This document shows, in pieces, positions 48,015-58,076 of a DNA stretch of 64,000 nucleotides. Under the pieces are notes generated by a model that saw nothing but the letters and a program-made list of their open reading frames with translations, was not told the origin of the DNA and did not search any database. The stretch's first letter is position 1, and each line of letters starts with the position of its first letter. The stretch is from the NCBI GenBank assembly GCA_017436225.1, contig JAFSDM010000042.1, forward strand, positions 38,346 to 102,345, read 5' to 3'. The position numbers and the translations under genes were made by a program. This stretch comes from Clostridia bacterium. Lineage in GTDB: Bacteria > Bacillota > Clostridia > Oscillospirales > Acutalibacteraceae.

Positions 48015-49340
48015 ATGAACACGCCTATTTGTGATTTTGTAAAAAACTACATATCGCAAAACAGCAAAAGACTGCATATGCCCGGTCATAAGGGATGCGG
48101 TCTGTTAGGCTTTGAGGCATTTGATATTACCGAAATTGCGGGTGCCGACAGTTTATATGAGGCAGAGGGTATTATCAAGGAAAGTGAGCAAAACGCCTCT
48201 ACGCTTTTTGGTTGCGATACCTTTTACTCTACCGAGGGTTCCTCCCACTGCATAAGAGCAATGCTTTATTTAGCGCTCACCTTTTCGGGCGGTAAAAACA
48301 AAAAAATTGCTGCGGGCAGAAACGCCCACAAAAGCTTTTTAACCGCCGCCGCACTGCTTGATTTAAGCGTAGACTGGCTTTGTGGTAGGGGTAATAACTA
48401 TTTATCCCTTAACCTTAACGCTACTGATATTGAAAGCTATTTAAGCAGTTGCAAGGAGCGTCCCATTGCCTTGTACCTCACCTCCCCCGACTATTTAGGC
48501 AACCGACTTAACATAAAAGAAATTGCGGCGGTTTGCCACAAATACGGTGTTTTACTTCTTGTAGATAACGCGCACGGTGCCTACCTTAAATTTTTAAGCA
48601 ATTCAGAGCATCCAATAGATTTAGGCGCTGATATGTGTTCCGATTCGGCACATAAAACCCTACCTGTGCTAACGGGAGGCGCCTATTTACAGATTAACAA
48701 AGAGTTAGACCCGTTTTTTAAGGAAAATGCAAAAGCGGCGCTTTCTTTGTTTGGATCTACAAGTCCGTCATACCTTATTTTGCAGTCACTTGATGCTGCA
48801 AATATATATCTGTGTGAGTTTAAATCAGAGCTTAATAATTTTATACCAAAGCTTAAAAAAGTTAAAAAATCGCTTGTAAATTCAGGCTTCGTTTTAGTGG
48901 AAAATGAACCCCTTAAAATAACCGTTTCGGCAAAAGCTTACGGATACCTAGGCTTCGAGCTTTACGATTATTTAGCAAGGAAAAATTTAATTGCAGAATT
49001 TTGTGACAAAGATTTTATAACCTTTATGTTTACACCAAAAAACAGTGATTTGGATTTAAAACTGCTTGAAACTGCGCTTTTAGAACTGCCTAAACGCTCG
49101 GCTATTGAAAGCGCTACTCCAATTTTCCACCTACCGCCCAAAAGACTTTCTGTAAGGCAGGCGGTGTTTGCAAAAAACGAAACGGTAGATGTAAAATCGG
49201 CGCTTGGTAAAATTTGCGGTGTTCCAATTGTTGGTTGTCCACCCGCCATTCCCATTGTTATGTGCGGTGAGGAAATAACTGAGTCGGTTATTGAGCGCTT
49301 TGAATATTACGGAATAAAAAAATGCTCGGTTATTTTATAA
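48015..49340 (+). CDS. PLP-dependent Orn/Lys/Arg decarboxylase-family protein
   Basis: HMPGHKG motif and SAHKTLP (PLP lysine region). Start set at the ATG at 48015 (MNTPICDF), 2 nt after the scfB stop. Confidence 0.75.
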   Translation: MNTPICDFVKNYISQNSKRLHMPGHKGCGLLGFEAFDITEIAGADSLYEAEGIIKESEQNASTLFGCDTFYSTEGSSHCIRAMLYLALTFSGGKNKKIAAGRNAHKSFLTAAALLDLSVDWLCGRGNNYLSLNLNATDIESYLSSCKERPIALYLTSPDYLGNRLNIKEIAAVCHKYGVLLLVDNAHGAYLKFLSNSEHPIDLGADMCSDSAHKTLPVLTGGAYLQINKELDPFFKENAKAALSLFGSTSPSYLILQSLDAANIYLCEFKSELNNFIPKLKKVKKSLVNSGFVLVENEPLKITVSAKAYGYLGFELYDYLARKNLIAEFCDKDFITFMFTPKNSDLDLKLLETALLELPKRSAIESATPIFHLPPKRLSVRQAVFAKNETVDVKSALGKICGVPIVGCPPAIPIVMCGEEITESVIERFEYYGIKKCSVIL

Positions 49341-49349
49341 TATGGTTAA

Positions 49350-49387
49350 AGGATTATCTTTTAAAAAATAAAGATAATCCTTTTTTG
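49350..49387 (+). terminator. intrinsic terminator
   Basis: Stem AGGATTATCTT / AAGATAATCCT followed by T6. Confidence 0.8.
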
Positions 49388-49434
49388 TTATATTATTTGT
49401 TTTAAAAGAATACTATTAACCGAGGTGATTTAAG

Positions 49435-49872
49435 TTGGCTTACAGTGACAGAGAGCTACTTGCACGTATTATTCAGTGCGAGGCGGGTGGTGAGGGCGAA
49501 AACGGTATGAAGGCGGTTGCAAGTGTTGTAATGAACAGAGTGAATGCTTCGGTTGGAGAATATTCAAGGCTGGGCAGAAGCATTAGAAACGTAATTTTTC
49601 AACAAGGGCAATTTGATTGTGCAACCGAAACTTTAGGCGGTAATTATAACCCGCAAAACATTTACAATATGAATCCGCAAAATGAACATTTTAGCATTGC
49701 TGATTGGGCTATTGCAGGAAACCGACTTTGGAATTTGGGCTCGGCACTTTGGTATTTTAACCCCTTTAGCCCCACCTGCAGACAGAATTTTCCCGGAAAA
49801 TCGGGCGTTTTTGCGGTGCGGATTGGTAATCACTGTTTTTATAATCCAACGGAATATTACGCCGAAACTTAA
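49435..49872 (+). CDS. cwlJ: spore cortex-lytic cell wall hydrolase (CwlJ/SleB catalytic domain)
   Basis: 145 aa. ELLARIIQCEAGGEG...AVASVVMNR motif of the Hydrolase_2 domain. TTG start. Confidence 0.8.
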   Translation: MAYSDRELLARIIQCEAGGEGENGMKAVASVVMNRVNASVGEYSRLGRSIRNVIFQQGQFDCATETLGGNYNPQNIYNMNPQNEHFSIADWAIAGNRLWNLGSALWYFNPFSPTCRQNFPGKSGVFAVRIGNHCFYNPTEYYAET

Positions 49873-49887
49873 AAAGGAGAGTAAGTT

Positions 49888-50253
49888 ATGAACAACAATT
49901 CATTTTTAAAAAACGGTATGCAAAAATTTCCCCAAGACGGTACACAAAACAGGAGCAATAACCGACTTAATTCAAGCAATCCAACAAGCAGTCCGTCGGG
50001 CAATAATTTTTCGGTTCCGTCGGGGATTGGCTACGACGCTTATCAAGGCTCCATTCAACAGATAATGCGGGATAACATTGGCGAATACATGGACGTTGAG
50101 TTTTTAATCGGCACAAACGGTCTTACAACGCGTAGCGGTCAGCTTACAAATGTTGGTGTCAGCTATATTGTTTTATACGACCAAACAAAGGACAGATATA
50201 TGATTTGCGATTTGTATTCGGTAAAATTTGTAACAATATACGACCCAAACTAA
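49888..50253 (+). CDS. gerQ: GerQ-like spore coat protein
   Basis: 121 aa. Q/N/S-rich N-terminus and a conserved C-terminal half. The cwlJ-gerQ gene order matches Bacillus. Confidence 0.6.
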   Translation: MNNNSFLKNGMQKFPQDGTQNRSNNRLNSSNPTSSPSGNNFSVPSGIGYDAYQGSIQQIMRDNIGEYMDVEFLIGTNGLTTRSGQLTNVGVSYIVLYDQTKDRYMICDLYSVKFVTIYDPN

Positions 50254-50262
50254 TTTTAATAC

Positions 50263-50305
50263 AAAAAAAGGATGTGTGGCGAAAATGAACCACGCATCCT
50301 TTTGC
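50263..50305. terminator. bidirectional intrinsic terminator
   Basis: Stem AGGATGTGTGG / CCACGCATCCT flanked by A-run and T-run. Confidence 0.8.
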
Positions 50306-50307
50306 TT

Positions 50308-51057
50308 TTATTCAATTATTTTAATTGTTTCAATAACGGGTTGGTCCTTAGCGGGGATAGTACCATTATTGTCGGTAGGCTTAGCTTCAGTGCAAATTTT
50401 ATCTACAATATTCATACCCTCAGTAACTCTACCGAAAGCGGCGTAATTACCATCTAAGAAAGTGCTATCTTTGTGGCAAATAAAGAACTGGGATGAGCCT
50501 GAATTATAAGCTCTTTTTAAATCGCTTTGTGCTTCGGAGGGTAGGTCGCTGAGTTTATATCCCATTGAAAGATACTGCTCATACTGTGAACCACTTCTTG
50601 CCATAGAAATTGTGCCGCGAATGTGGGAAATATTGTTGCGGTGACCGTTTGCAGAAAATTCGCCCTTAATATCCTTATCGGAACCACCGGTGCCATCACC
50701 GTTGGGATCTCCGCCCTGCATCATAAAATCTTCCATAATTCTGTGGAAGGTAAGACCGTTATAAAAACCGCTTTTGGCAAGCTTTACAAAGTTTGCAACG
50801 GTTTCGGGCACTTCATCAGCATACAAATCAAGCTTAATAGTACCATGCTTTTTAATGACGATTTCAGCCTTTACTACGCCCTCAACAGTTGTTGAATTAT
50901 CAGCGCTGGTTTGATTTTCTGACTGATAGTCACTGCTTGAGTTCTGTGTGGCTGTGGTATCTAATGAAGAGGTGTTTTCATCGCCGCAAGCGGTGAAGGA
51001 AAAAGCCATAACAAACACCAGAGTTAAAGCCAAAACAATTCTCAAAACGTTTTTCAT
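50308..51057 (-). CDS. cyclophilin-type peptidyl-prolyl isomerase lipoprotein
   Basis: Lipobox FTAC. FHRIMEDFMMQGGDP cyclophilin motif. Confidence 0.9.
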   Translation of the reverse strand: MKNVLRIVLALTLVFVMAFSFTACGDENTSSLDTTATQNSSSDYQSENQTSADNSTTVEGVVKAEIVIKKHGTIKLDLYADEVPETVANFVKLAKSGFYNGLTFHRIMEDFMMQGGDPNGDGTGGSDKDIKGEFSANGHRNNISHIRGTISMARSGSQYEQYLSMGYKLSDLPSEAQSDLKRAYNSGSSQFFICHKDSTFLDGNYAAFGRVTEGMNIVDKICTEAKPTDNNGTIPAKDQPVIETIKIIE

Positions 51058-51077
51058 TTGTTTTTTTACCTCATTTT

Positions 51078-51111
51078 TAAAAATTAAGCCGCCGTGGTCG
51101 CCACGGCGGCT
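51078..51111 (-). terminator. intrinsic terminator after the ABC ATPase gene
   Basis: Stem AGCCGCCGTGG / CCACGGCGGCT with a T-rich tail on the minus strand. Confidence 0.75.
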
Positions 51112-51135
51112 GCCTTAATTAATTTAAGCTTGCAA

Positions 51136-52278
51136 TTAGTTGCAGATGGTAACCTCGGTATCCTTATCGAAGAGGTGGATACGAGTAGGCTCAAGAGTAA
51201 TCTTGATGGTGTCACCGGGACGAGCGGTGTTAGAGGGATCAACACGAGCGTTGACAGACTGACCTTCGCAGTTCATGTAAAGGTAGGTTTCAGCACCCAT
51301 AAGCTCGGTAACTTCAACGTTAGCCTCAACAATACCCTCAGGGAATTTCTCAAGGTACTCAGCTTCGTTGTGAACGTGCTCAGGACGGATACCCATAATA
51401 ACCTCCTTATCAACATAAGGAACAAGAGCATCTTTAGCGTTCTTGGTTGCGGGTAACTTAATTTTGTACTTAACACCTGCACGGGTTTTGGTATCTTCAG
51501 AACCGAACTCTACGAAGAAATCTTCGCCTTCTTTAACAACCTTAGAGTTGATGAAGTTCATTTGAGGAGAACCGATAAAGCCGGCAACGAACATATTGCA
51601 GGGCTTATCATAAAGAACTTGAGGAGCATCACACTGCTGGATAAGACCGTCTTTCATAACAACGATACGAGTACCCATTGTCATAGCCTCGGTCTGGTCA
51701 TGTGTAACGTAAATGAAGGTGGTACCTAATTTCTGATGAAGCTTGGTAAGCTCGGTACGCATCTGTGCACGAAGCTTAGCATCCAAGTTTGAAAGAGGTT
51801 CGTCAAGAAGGAATACCTTAGGCTCACGAACGATTGCACGACCGAGAGCAACACGCTGACGCTGACCACCGGACAAAGCCTTAGGTTTACGCTCAAGAAG
51901 ATGTTCAATATCCAAAATGCGAGCTGCTTCTTCAACTCTGCGGCGGATTTCTTCCTTAGAAGTCTTGCGGAGCTTAAGACCGAAAGCCATATTATCAAAA
52001 ACAGTCATGTGAGGATAAAGAGCGTAGTTCTGGAACACCATTGCGATATCTCTATCCTTAGGAGCGATATCGTTAACTAAACGATCACCGATATAAAGCT
52101 CACCACTGCTGATTTCTTCAAGACCTGCAACCATACGTAAGGTAGTGGATTTACCACAACCTGAAGGACCAACAAGAATGATAAATTCTTTATCTTGAAT
52201 TTCAAGATTAAAATCCGATACAGCTATAACGCCACCGGGATACTTTTTGTAAATACTTTTAAGCGACAAACTTGCCAT
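51136..52278 (-). CDS. sugar ABC transporter ATP-binding protein (MsmK/MalK/UgpC type)
   Basis: 380 aa. Walker [18 protein letters not shown] signature and a C-terminal MalK-like regulatory domain. No permease genes are adjacent. Confidence 0.9.
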   Translation of the reverse strand: MASLSLKSIYKKYPGGVIAVSDFNLEIQDKEFIILVGPSGCGKSTTLRMVAGLEEISSGELYIGDRLVNDIAPKDRDIAMVFQNYALYPHMTVFDNMAFGLKLRKTSKEEIRRRVEEAARILDIEHLLERKPKALSGGQRQRVALGRAIVREPKVFLLDEPLSNLDAKLRAQMRTELTKLHQKLGTTFIYVTHDQTEAMTMGTRIVVMKDGLIQQCDAPQVLYDKPCNMFVAGFIGSPQMNFINSKVVKEGEDFFVEFGSEDTKTRAGVKYKIKLPATKNAKDALVPYVDKEVIMGIRPEHVHNEAEYLEKFPEGIVEANVEVTELMGAETYLYMNCEGQSVNARVDPSNTARPGDTIKITLEPTRIHLFDKDTEVTICN

Positions 52279-52453
52279 TAGAGTGACCTCCTAAATATTT
52301 GACGATAAAATACCGCCATACTACTTTGTATATTATATCAATACCCGACTAAAAATACTATACTTTATTTACCCAAATATTTGTATTGACATTTGTAGAT
52401 ATTGCATAAGAATTTTTTGTAAAAAAATAAATTGCACAAAAGTTATTTATCTT

Positions 52454-53170
52454 TTACGTTTTTTTTGCATTATTTATACACTCCAGCTCGTTCACAGTTA
52501 GTTCACGAACCTCGCCTTCTGAAAGGCTTTCGGGCAAATTTAGACCCGCAAACGATATTCTTTTAAGCTCATTTACGCCCAAGTCAAAAAGGCCGAACAT
52601 TCTTTTAATTTGATGGTATTTTCCCTCGGTTATGGTGACAATGGCGGTAGTAGTATCGCTTAAAATTTCAAGCGTTGCCGACAAAAGCACCGTACCGTCT
52701 GCAAGGGTAAGACCTTCCCTGAATTTTTCTACAATCTCGGGTTTTACTTCACCATCAAGCTGTACCAAGTATTTTTTTGGTACCTTTTTGTTTGGGGATA
52801 AAAGCTGATGCGCAAAATCGCCGTCGTTTGTTATAATTAACATTCCCGTTGTATCTTTATCCAGTCTGCCCACGGGGAATAAATCCTTGCGAAAAAGCTC
52901 GGCGGGGATTAAATCTATAACCGTTTGCTTTTTCTTATCCTCGGTAGCAGTTAAAACGCCCTTTGGCTTGTTCATAATTAAATAAATGTGCTTTTTGTAG
53001 AAAATTTTCTCACCACTAAGGCAGATTTCATCCTTATTTGGGTCCACCTTAAAGGCAATATCCCTAACCAAGCCGCCGTTCACCTGCACCTTACCGCGGA
53101 GTATAAGCTTTCTGGCATCCGAGCGTGAAGCTCCTGCCCCGATTGATACAATTTTATCGAGTCTTTCCAT
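52454..53170 (-). CDS. RsuA/RluB-family pseudouridine synthase with S4 domain
   Basis: 238 aa. MERLDKIVS S4-like N-terminus and GRLDKDTTG catalytic motif. Confidence 0.85.
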   Translation of the reverse strand: MERLDKIVSIGAGASRSDARKLILRGKVQVNGGLVRDIAFKVDPNKDEICLSGEKIFYKKHIYLIMNKPKGVLTATEDKKKQTVIDLIPAELFRKDLFPVGRLDKDTTGMLIITNDGDFAHQLLSPNKKVPKKYLVQLDGEVKPEIVEKFREGLTLADGTVLLSATLEILSDTTTAIVTITEGKYHQIKRMFGLFDLGVNELKRISFAGLNLPESLSEGEVRELTVNELECINNAKKT

Positions 53171-53198
53171 TTAATTTCCTTTCAAAAAACAAGCGCAT

Positions 53199-53654
53199 TT
53201 ATGCGGGACTGAGGGGTTTTATAAATCCGTTTTCCACCGAAAGCGCCGATATATCACCGCCTATGACCACATCGTTTGCAACCAAAAGATGGGCATAAAC
53301 ATCGGTGCGATTTTCAAAAATAAGGCTGTATGTATAAAGCGTCGCCTTGCTTCCCGCATATTTTTCCAAATCAAAACCCGCTTGTTTTTGCAACTTTTGA
53401 TACTCACCGTAAATATCACCGAAAACATAAGGGATTTCTATTTGCTTTGCCTCTTCACCCACCTCTTTATTAACTCTATAGCCCATATTTTCTATAAAGG
53501 CTATACGCTCTATAGAATCTGTTGCGGGTTGAAGGGTGGTAGCCTCTACCCTGTTTGACGCCTTAAAAAGCACCAGACAAAGCAAGGCTATAATAAGCAG
53601 TAAAACAAGCAAAATATTTGATATTCGCTTTTTTGTTATGATAAAGCCAAACAT
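53199..53654 (-). CDS. DUF4830-like membrane-anchored protein
   Basis: Start set at MFGFIITKKR (53654). One TM segment plus a soluble domain. Confidence 0.55.
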   Translation of the reverse strand: MFGFIITKKRISNILLVLLLIIALLCLVLFKASNRVEATTLQPATDSIERIAFIENMGYRVNKEVGEEAKQIEIPYVFGDIYGEYQKLQKQAGFDLEKYAGSKATLYTYSLIFENRTDVYAHLLVANDVVIGGDISALSVENGFIKPLSPA

Positions 53655-53716
53655 AAAAACACTCCTTTTAATATATAAATATTCAAAAGAGAATGTGTTT
53701 ATGTGGCAACTATAGG

Positions 53717-54190
53717 CTAAAGATTTTCTATAATGCAAACGGCGTGGGCGGCAATTCCCTTGCACTCGCCCGTAAAGCCTAAGCCTTCCTCGGTAGTGGC
53801 TTTAACGCTTACCGCCGAAACATCTACTTCTAAATCTGAGGCGATATTTCCTCGCATTTGTTCAATAAACGGCGCCATTTTTGGCTTCTCAGCGATTAGG
53901 GTTGCGTCAACATTGCCCACCTTAAAGCCGTTTCGCTTTAAGAGTGCTACAACCTGCCTTAAAAGTTCTCTGCTATCGGCGTCCTTAAAGGCATTGTCAC
54001 TTGGGGGGAAGTGCTTGCCGATATCACCTAAAGCGGCGGCGCCCAGCAAGGCATCAGAAATTGCGTGCAAAAGCACATCAGCATCGGAATGGCCTAAAAG
54101 TCCCACCTCTGACGGTATTTCCACACCGCCAATGATACATTTTCTTCCCCCTACAAGCTTATGAACATCGTATCCGTGACCTATTCGCAT
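53717..54190 (-). CDS. ispF: 2-C-methyl-D-erythritol 2,4-cyclodiphosphate synthase
   Basis: 157 aa. [10 protein letters not shown] and [11 protein letters not shown] motifs. Confidence 0.95.
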   Translation of the reverse strand: MRIGHGYDVHKLVGGRKCIIGGVEIPSEVGLLGHSDADVLLHAISDALLGAAALGDIGKHFPPSDNAFKDADSRELLRQVVALLKRNGFKVGNVDATLIAEKPKMAPFIEQMRGNIASDLEVDVSAVSVKATTEEGLGFTGECKGIAAHAVCIIENL

Positions 54191-54939
54191 TAAAATTTCC
54201 CCTTTATTGTTTTAAAGTATGCCTCTGCCAAAAATATATCCTCGGGAGTTGTGATTTTTATATTTTTATAATCGCCCATAACGGTATAAACCGAATAGCT
54301 TGCGGCTTCAGCTATTGAAGCATCATCGGTAAAGCGAGATAAATCATCCCCTGCTTTTTGAAGCGCAGATTTAAAAAGCTCCACACTAAAGCCCTGCGGG
54401 GTTTGAATATTCACAAGACCCTCACGGTCTACCGTTTGCTCAACCTTACCAAGTGCGCCCACCTTTTTAATGGTATCTTTAACAGGCACCGCGGGTACGG
54501 TGGCAGAAAATTCCTCCGCAGCATTTATAACCCGATTTATAACCTGCTCGCTTACAAGAGGTCTTGCACCGTCGTGAATTAGAACAGTTTTTATTTTTGG
54601 ATTTTTAGTAAGCCTTTCGAAGCCTTTTTTAACCGACTCCTCACGGCAATTTCCACCCTCAATAATATCGGTGACCTTTAAAAATCCATATTGGTCGGTG
54701 ATTTTTTGCAAATCTAAAATCATATTATTTCGGGTTACAAGAACAATATCCGAAACCAAAGGATGAGAGTTAAATGCTTCAATGGTATGACAAATCACAG
54801 GCTTTTGCATAAGCGGAGCTAAAATTTTATTCACACCGCCCATACGGGATGCCGACCCCGCCGCAACGATTATAACACCAACCGAAGCGTTATTATCGGC
54901 GGTTTTTATATAAGAAAGTTCAAAGGTTTTTGTTTGCAT
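54190..54939 (-). CDS. ispD: 2-C-methyl-D-erythritol 4-phosphate cytidylyltransferase
   Basis: 249 aa. [10 protein letters not shown] motif and VLIHDGARP motif. Confidence 0.9.
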   Translation of the reverse strand: MQTKTFELSYIKTADNNASVGVIIVAAGSASRMGGVNKILAPLMQKPVICHTIEAFNSHPLVSDIVLVTRNNMILDLQKITDQYGFLKVTDIIEGGNCREESVKKGFERLTKNPKIKTVLIHDGARPLVSEQVINRVINAAEEFSATVPAVPVKDTIKKVGALGKVEQTVDREGLVNIQTPQGFSVELFKSALQKAGDDLSRFTDDASIAEAASYSVYTVMGDYKNIKITTPEDIFLAEAYFKTIKGKF

Positions 54940-54975
54940 AATATTTCACCTCATCCGCCGCTCGCGGTCGGCTTT

Positions 54976-55005
54976 AAAAAAGGGGCTTGCCAAACGGCAA
55001 ACCCC
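54976..55005 (-). terminator. intrinsic terminator
   Basis: Minus-strand stem GGGGTTTGCC / GGCAAGCCCC followed by T6. Confidence 0.8.
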
Positions 55006-55030
55006 CGATTTTCTTTTTAGATAAGGGGAA

Positions 55031-55450
55031 TTACTCCTTATCGTCACAGTCGCAATCGCCTTCACAGCAATCGCAGTCGCAGTCAAAATCAAACTCAAGA
55101 TTTGTTCCGCAGTTAGGGCAAGCAATTTCGCCCTCTGCTAACATATCTTCGTCCAAATAAACGATATCATTACAAGCGGGACAGGTTACTTCGTAAACCT
55201 CATCATCCTCATCTTCGTAATCTTCTTCATCTTCATAAACGTAATCTTCTAAATTAGAAAGATCTTCATCAACTGCATCAATCTGCTCGCAAAGCTCTGC
55301 GCAGCCGTCCTCTAAATCCTCAACGGTTAAAGCAACGTCCTCTAAAAGCTCGATAATTGCCTTTAAAACCTTGCTATTTTTGTCGTTAGAATCGAGGTCT
55401 AAGCCCTCTGCAAGACCTTTGATATAAGCAACTTTTTCACAGATAGTCAT
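55031..55450 (-). CDS. acidic zinc-ribbon protein (CD1247 N-terminal-domain-like)
   Basis: 139 aa, very acidic. CPACN...CPNCG ribbon and a CDCDCC tail. Confidence 0.55.
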   Translation of the reverse strand: MTICEKVAYIKGLAEGLDLDSNDKNSKVLKAIIELLEDVALTVEDLEDGCAELCEQIDAVDEDLSNLEDYVYEDEEDYEDEDDEVYEVTCPACNDIVYLDEDMLAEGEIACPNCGTNLEFDFDCDCDCCEGDCDCDDKE

Positions 55451-55473
55451 ATTAATTTACTCCTTTAAAATTA

Positions 55474-56031
55474 TTATGCACGTTCCATATACTCGCCTGT
55501 ACGGGTATCAATACGGATCATATCGCCTTCATTGATGAAGAGAGGAACACGAACCTCTGCACCGGTTTCGAGTGTTGCGGGCTTGGTTGCGTTGGTTGCG
55601 GTATCACCCTTGAAGCCGGGATCTGTTTGAGTTACCTGAAGCTCAACAAATGTTGGAGGCTCAATACCGAAAACATTGCCCTTGTAGGAAAGAACCTTAC
55701 AAACCATATTTTCCTTAACAAATTTGAAGTTATCGCCTAAATCGGACTGATTTACAGGGATAAGCTCATAGCTTTCAGGATCCATAAAGTAGTAAAGATC
55801 ACCATCGTTATAGGAATATTCCATTTCTTTACGCTCAACAAAAGCGGTGGGGTATTTATCATTCGGGTTGAAAGTTTTTTCAACCACAGAACCTGAAATT
55901 ACGTTTCTGATTTTTGTGCGAACAAAAGCTGCACCTTTACCGGGTTTAACGTGTTGGAATTCAATAATCTGATACACGTTACCCTCCATTTCAAAAGTTA
56001 CGCCATTTCTAAAATCGCCGGCAGTTACCAT
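55474..56031 (-). CDS. efp: elongation factor P
   Basis: 185 aa. Matches EF-P throughout ([13 protein letters not shown]). Confidence 0.97.
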   Translation of the reverse strand: MVTAGDFRNGVTFEMEGNVYQIIEFQHVKPGKGAAFVRTKIRNVISGSVVEKTFNPNDKYPTAFVERKEMEYSYNDGDLYYFMDPESYELIPVNQSDLGDNFKFVKENMVCKVLSYKGNVFGIEPPTFVELQVTQTDPGFKGDTATNATKPATLETGAEVRVPLFINEGDMIRIDTRTGEYMERA

Positions 56032-56142
56032 AATTTTACCTCCGTATTTTTATGAAGCGAGCATAATATTAGAACTTTGATTTTTAAGGTTCCGCTCACA
56101 ACATTTACTAAATTCATAAAGCTAGATTAGAACATACTAACT

Positions 56143-57201
56143 CTATATGATTATAAGACTTTTTTCGGCTTTTGTCAAGTTATTACAGCCATTTTTTGTA
56201 ACAACAGCCATATCCTCTATACGAACACCGAATTTACCCTCTAAATAAATTCCCGGTTCAATGGTTATTACCTGATTTGAGAGCAACTTATTTTCGTTTT
56301 TGTAGCTAACCGTAGGAGTTTCGTGATTTTCAAGTCCTACGCCGTGACCCGTGCTGTGGGTGAAAAATTCACCGTAGCCAGCCTGCTTTATAACATTTCT
56401 TGCGGCAAGGTCAACATCCTTTATAAATGCGCCCTCGCGCACCGCATCAAAAGCCGATAAATTTGCATTTAAAACGGTGTTATAAACCTTTTGCATTTCA
56501 TCGGTTGCATAGCCTACCGCTACTGTTCGTGTCATATCGCTGTGGTAGCCCTTATAAATTGCGCCGAAATCCATTGTTATGAAATCACCCGCACGAACCA
56601 CCTTATCATCGGGCACGCCGTGAGGCATTGAGGATTTTTCACCCGAAACAACGATAGTTCCAAAGGATGGTGCTTTGCTACCTGCAAGCTTCATACGGTA
56701 TTCAAGCTCGGCGGCAATTTGTATTTCTGTTACGCCCTCGCGAATAAAATTAAGCACTTCCAAAAAGGCTTTTTCTGCCATACGCTGAGCCTTTGTTATG
56801 CACTCAATCTCATACTCGTTTTTTACACTACGCAAGGAATACAATTCTTTATCGAGCTCAGAATTAGGCAAAATCTTTTTACCAAACTGCTTTTCAAAGG
56901 TTGTTACGTTGGCAACGGCAATTATAGTTTCTACCACAAGGGTATCTATTTTATCCCCTAAAAATTCCTTAGCCTGTTCAGAAATGTTGGTAAAAAGGCG
57001 AACCTCAACATTTTCATTTACACCTTTTTTAGCCGCTTCAATATATCTGCCATCAACAAACAAAACCGCTTCCCCTTTAGTTATAAAAAGGTAGCCGAGC
57101 GATGAGTGAAAACCGCTAAGATAAAGCCTTGAAACGGGGGTGAAAATAAGCGCCGCTTCATTGTTGGATAATAATTTTCTTACTGCTTCTATTCTGTTCA
57201 T
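56143..57201 (-). CDS. M24-family Xaa-Pro aminopeptidase
   Basis: 352 aa. HSTGHGVGLENHE and ITIEPG motifs. Confidence 0.85.
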   Translation of the reverse strand: MNRIEAVRKLLSNNEAALIFTPVSRLYLSGFHSSLGYLFITKGEAVLFVDGRYIEAAKKGVNENVEVRLFTNISEQAKEFLGDKIDTLVVETIIAVANVTTFEKQFGKKILPNSELDKELYSLRSVKNEYEIECITKAQRMAEKAFLEVLNFIREGVTEIQIAAELEYRMKLAGSKAPSFGTIVVSGEKSSMPHGVPDDKVVRAGDFITMDFGAIYKGYHSDMTRTVAVGYATDEMQKVYNTVLNANLSAFDAVREGAFIKDVDLAARNVIKQAGYGEFFTHSTGHGVGLENHETPTVSYKNENKLLSNQVITIEPGIYLEGKFGVRIEDMAVVTKNGCNNLTKAEKSLIII

Positions 57202-57214
57202 AATATCACCCTCT

Positions 57215-58063
57215 TTAAAGACTTAAATAATAATCCTTCATTGCTTTAGCATCCTCAGCTTGGGTACCTGCCGATTCGCAAATAAAGGTGGGGCTTAAAT
57301 TCTTTTTATAAATAAGCTCCATAAGCGGCTCAAAATTCGGACCGAAAACGGTATCCTCAAAGGTTAAATGCTTTTTCTCGCCACCTGCCGAATATTCTAT
57401 TTTTGAAAAGTGAGAATGAAATTCCTTAAGTCTTGCCTTACCAAGCTCATTTTCAATAGTATTTAAAATATTTTCATAGGCTTCATAAGAATTTGATGCA
57501 CCTAGAGTTCTAGCGTTTAAGTGACCAAAATCTATACAAGGAAGCAGACGTTCATCTAGCTTACAAAGAGCAATAACCTCTTCCAAGGTGCCTAGCTGAT
57601 TTATTTTTCCCATTGTTTCGGGGCATATTCTAACATTCCCAAGACCCTCACTATCCAACGCGTTTATGGCAAGCTTCATAGTATCGGTTGCAAGAGCCAG
57701 AGCCTCCTCGCGACTGATTTTTGAGCAGGAACCTGTGTGAACCACAATTCTGTTGCCACCCATAAAATTAACCGCTCTTGCGCTATCTAAAATGTAGCGT
57801 ATAGAATTAAGACGCTTTTGCTCCTCCACCGAGGACATTGAAATATAATAAGGGGCGTGAAGAGAGAGCGCAACAGATTTTTCAGCGGCGATTTTGCCAA
57901 GCACTACTGCTTTATCCTCGCCTATATTAACACCTCTGCCGCACTGATATTCAAAGGCATCAAGCCCCATTTTTACAATATATTCAGGCACCTGTAAGGA
58001 ATGCTTGTACCCCATTTTTGAAAAACTTTCGGAATTGCCTGCGGGGCCAAATTTAGCAGACAT
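57215..58063 (-). CDS. xylose isomerase-like TIM-barrel / AP endonuclease family 2 protein
   Basis: Start set at MSAKFGPAGNS (AAGGGGGAAG RBS). Metal-ligand-like H/E/D pattern. Assignment made by eye. Confidence 0.65.
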   Translation of the reverse strand: MSAKFGPAGNSESFSKMGYKHSLQVPEYIVKMGLDAFEYQCGRGVNIGEDKAVVLGKIAAEKSVALSLHAPYYISMSSVEEQKRLNSIRYILDSARAVNFMGGNRIVVHTGSCSKISREEALALATDTMKLAINALDSEGLGNVRICPETMGKINQLGTLEEVIALCKLDERLLPCIDFGHLNARTLGASNSYEAYENILNTIENELGKARLKEFHSHFSKIEYSAGGEKKHLTFEDTVFGPNFEPLMELIYKKNLSPTFICESAGTQAEDAKAMKDYYLSL

Positions 58064-58076
58064 ATTTCTTCCCCCT

